Source of the DNA: Phaeosaccion multiseriatum
Lineage: Eukaryota; Protista; Ochrophyta, other classes
Assembly (NCBI GenBank): GCA_965112735.1
Contig: OZ218953.1
Span: forward strand, 2,852,001-2,916,000
Direction of reading: 5' to 3'
Length of the DNA: 64,000 bases
Shown here one piece after another: positions 61,501 through 64,000 of the stretch. Made by a program: the position numbers and the translations under genes. The first letter of the stretch is position 1, and every line of letters starts with the position of its first letter. Below the pieces are notes generated by a model. That model searched no databases. It was not told the DNA's origin and was given only the letters and a program-made list of their open reading frames with translations.

Positions 61501-64000
61501 GGGGTATTTGCATACTCGCAAGACGATGAGGACTCTACAGGGGACACGCCAGCTGCCGCCGTGAATGGTACAAGAGGGGCTAGGGGAGCAGCGCGGCAGC
61601 AGCTAGCACCAGATGGAGAACCAGAATTCTTCGAGGGCCAGCCTAGGGCAGAGGCACGGCTCGAGAGGCCGCCCACGGAAGAGAAGGGAGAAGGAGGCAC
61701 CACGGAGGAGGACAGGGAAGAGGAAGAGGGGGCAGAAGAGGCAAGTGGGGGTGACGATGAGGAGCGGCGGCGGGCAAGGATAAAGCCCCACGAATCCTTC
61801 GCGCCTATGGTGGTGGCAGTGGAGCTGGACATGAGCGGGGAGGAGGAGGAGGAGGAGAGGGAGATGGAGGGGGCCGTTGAGGCCGTGTACCTCAAGCGGC
61901 ACCACCACAGACGCCACAATGGACGGCATCAGCGGAGGGGAAATGGGCATCGGAAGAGGCATTGGAAGGGTAACGGTGAGGACGGTGATGCTGATGATGA
62001 TGATGATGATTATAATGACGACGATAGAGACCCAGGGCTCGGCCTGGACTACGACCAAGAGGACGAAGGCGAAGAGGGGAGAGGAATCGGCGGTGAGGAG
62101 ATGAGCGGTGGAGGGACGGACGCAGACGACTCGCCCTTGGAAGTCATTGGGCGCCGAGCGGAGATGGACGTCCTGACCAGGCATGCAGTGCACCTGGCCA
62201 CTGGCAAGGGCGGAGGGCTGATCGTGGTGCACTCTCTGCCCAGCTCCGGCAAGAGCACAATGATCCGGGCAGTGTCCCGCATCTGGGAGTCGCAGGTACC
62301 ATGCATCTCACTCATTTCGTGTCGTCTGGCTCAATTCTCATCTCATCTCCTCCTCCTATTCCTCCTCCTTCTTCCTCCCCCCTAACCCTCCTGCTCCTCC
62401 TCCTCCTCCCCCTCCCCCTCCCCCCCCTTGGTGTGGTTCGCAGCTTTCTGCATTAGTGCAACTCTACGGTGGTGACGACTTTGAGGAAGATGCCTCCGAG
62501 GGCTGCTGTTGGGCACTTCACAGTTGGCGGTCTATCCTCATTGGTGCTCTGTCCGCCACCAGGGAGCAGGTGCTGGGCTTTGCTGATTGGTGTAAGAAGG
62601 CCGTTGCGAACGGTGCCAATGGGGCGAACGGAGCGAACAGGTGGGTGCGGTGCGTGCGGGCAGGAGCTCTCAGCTCTCCACTGCAAGGCAGTAAGGCAGT
62701 GGGAGTCCAAAGTGTGGCAGTGAAGGCATTGTCTGACTGCTTTGTTTGGTGGTGCTGCCCTTCTGTTATTCGGCATCGGTCTCTTTTCCCTCTCCTCTCC
62801 CTCTCTTTCCCCGTTCCAGCTTTAACCCTCTCCCTCCCCTCCCCTTCTGCCCGTCTCTCGCCCATCTCGATAATGTCTCTCTCCTCTCTACCTCCACCTC
62901 TCTCTCTCTTGTGTGTATAACCTTTTCTCTTTCCTGTCTCTCCTCTCTCCTCTATAGCCCCATGGCTTGCTCGAGCATTGGAAGCACCTCGGGCGTGTTT
63001 CTCTCTACCGACGGTCTCACGGGCTCTCCGGCCCTCGTGGGGTCTTGGCTCAATGCCGCCCCTCGCCAATACAACGCCCCTAGTAAGCTGTCCGCTGGCC
63101 TGAATTTCGCGAGTCTGGAAAGAGAAGTCAGCAGCGCCACTGGTGAGTGAGGGCTTCCCGCCCGTCGTGCCGAGGAAGATCGCTGCTGCTCAAAAAGATG
63201 GGACTTTTTTTTATTCATGTACTTTACTGTCGTCCCCAGTCCTACTTTTCGCCGCTCAGACTCCTGCTCTCGCCTTCCCTTCGTCCCACCACGACCTCTC
63301 TCTTGCCGCCTCACCCCGGTGTCGCCCCCCCCCCGTCGCTTCGCCTTCGGTTGTTCCTGTGTGGCTCTGAACAGTTCTCGGCGAGGACCGCATGTGTGCG
63401 ATCCCCACTCCTCCTCCGCTCATGCTGGACGACATGACAGCCCCAAGCCCCTCAAGAGGCATTGTGAGTCGAGACTCCAGAGTTTAATCGGTCAAGTGCA
63501 TGGGAAGGTGGTAGAGTTCAATCGGTCAAGTGCATGGGAAAGTGGTGGAATACCCCATACGCACATCACCGGTCTTTCATTTTTGCTCTGGCTGACGGTC
63601 GGTTTGGCTTTCTTTTGTCGTTTTGCTTTTTGTATCTTTTTGACCCCGCAACCCTCTGTCTTTTATTAGGGCTTCTCTGTTCTTCAATCGTTGGAGCCAG
63701 CGCAATGGAGCTTAGACTCGGACGCAGCACAGGAGGAGCAGCAGCAGCAGGAGCAGCAGCAGGAGCAGCAGCAGGAGCAGCAGCAGGAGCAGCAGCAACA
63801 GCAGCACAGCTCCGCGCAGAGGAACGAGAGCGGGATCGGAGCGGTGAACGAGACGGCAGCGTTGTCTGCCATGTCCTCGACTGCGCAGCCAGGCACAGTT
63901 AGCCTCCCCGTGACGGGAAGCGATGGCGTTGGCTCCGGATCTGGATCTGTATCTATTCCCGTCCGCATTCCTCCCCCCCGCCCGGGCTATCAAGACGGAG
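55589..64000 (+). CDS. Soluble-type adenylyl cyclase (ADCY10/sAC-like; two class III cyclase domains plus STAND/AAA P-loop region), 3'-truncated by the window
   Basis: LASFLPD, AMIDLCGFTRLTE, GTELL...F..LI..I...GGDVVRLVGDA, LRVGIASG, KELTVDDKG...AAFGLPP, SIGVCTG, LLGDAVNTAARLM, LKGK, IGRRAEM and SGKST. Exons 55589-56153, 56252-57576, 57832-58077, 58290-58930, 59319-59526, 59895-59997, 60238-62295 and further. Confidence 0.9.
59540..59713. repeat. 10-bp minisatellite (GGGGCAGGGA)n, about 17 copies, intronic, G-quadruplex-prone
   Basis: Visible tandem array right after the donor at 59527. Confidence 0.9.
63480..63547. repeat. 34-bp tandem duplication, intronic
   Basis: GAGTTYAATCGGTCAAGTGCATGGGAARGTGGT occurs twice. 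Confidence 0.8.

Noticed and set aside
1-64000. tRNA, rRNA or prokaryotic defence/phage systems
   Set aside because: No cloverleaf, rRNA or operon-like signatures were recognised by eye; tRNAscan-SE or Infernal would be needed to exclude small ncRNAs.

Overview
GC-rich, intron-rich eukaryotic genomic DNA. The source is most plausibly a stramenopile/ochrophyte alga; this is an inference from gene content and is not certain. Nearly every intron carries microsatellites, so most ORFs in the six-frame track are artefacts, and gene models were spliced by hand at GT/GC-AG sites with phase checks. About 12 protein genes are supported: GT61-like glycosyltransferase (5'-truncated), Bub2/Cdc16 TBC GAP, O-fucosyltransferase-family protein, organellar TilS, Dsc3-like UBL membrane protein, two large hypothetical proteins, a secreted Cys-rich protein with a GDP(H)-type vWD-like domain, an intronless disintegrin-like secreted protein, a TMEM163-like cation-efflux protein, a GltS-like transporter, and a soluble-type (ADCY10-like) adenylyl cyclase that runs off the right end. 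The best novelty candidate is the GltS-like transporter: it splices in phase into a TLDc domain, both of its pore-loop motifs are degenerate, and it lies head-to-head with the cyclase. Non-coding features include two MITE-like elements, a triplicated long imperfect hairpin, an ankyrin-like pseudogene remnant and minisatellites. I recognised no rRNA, tRNA or CRISPR array.
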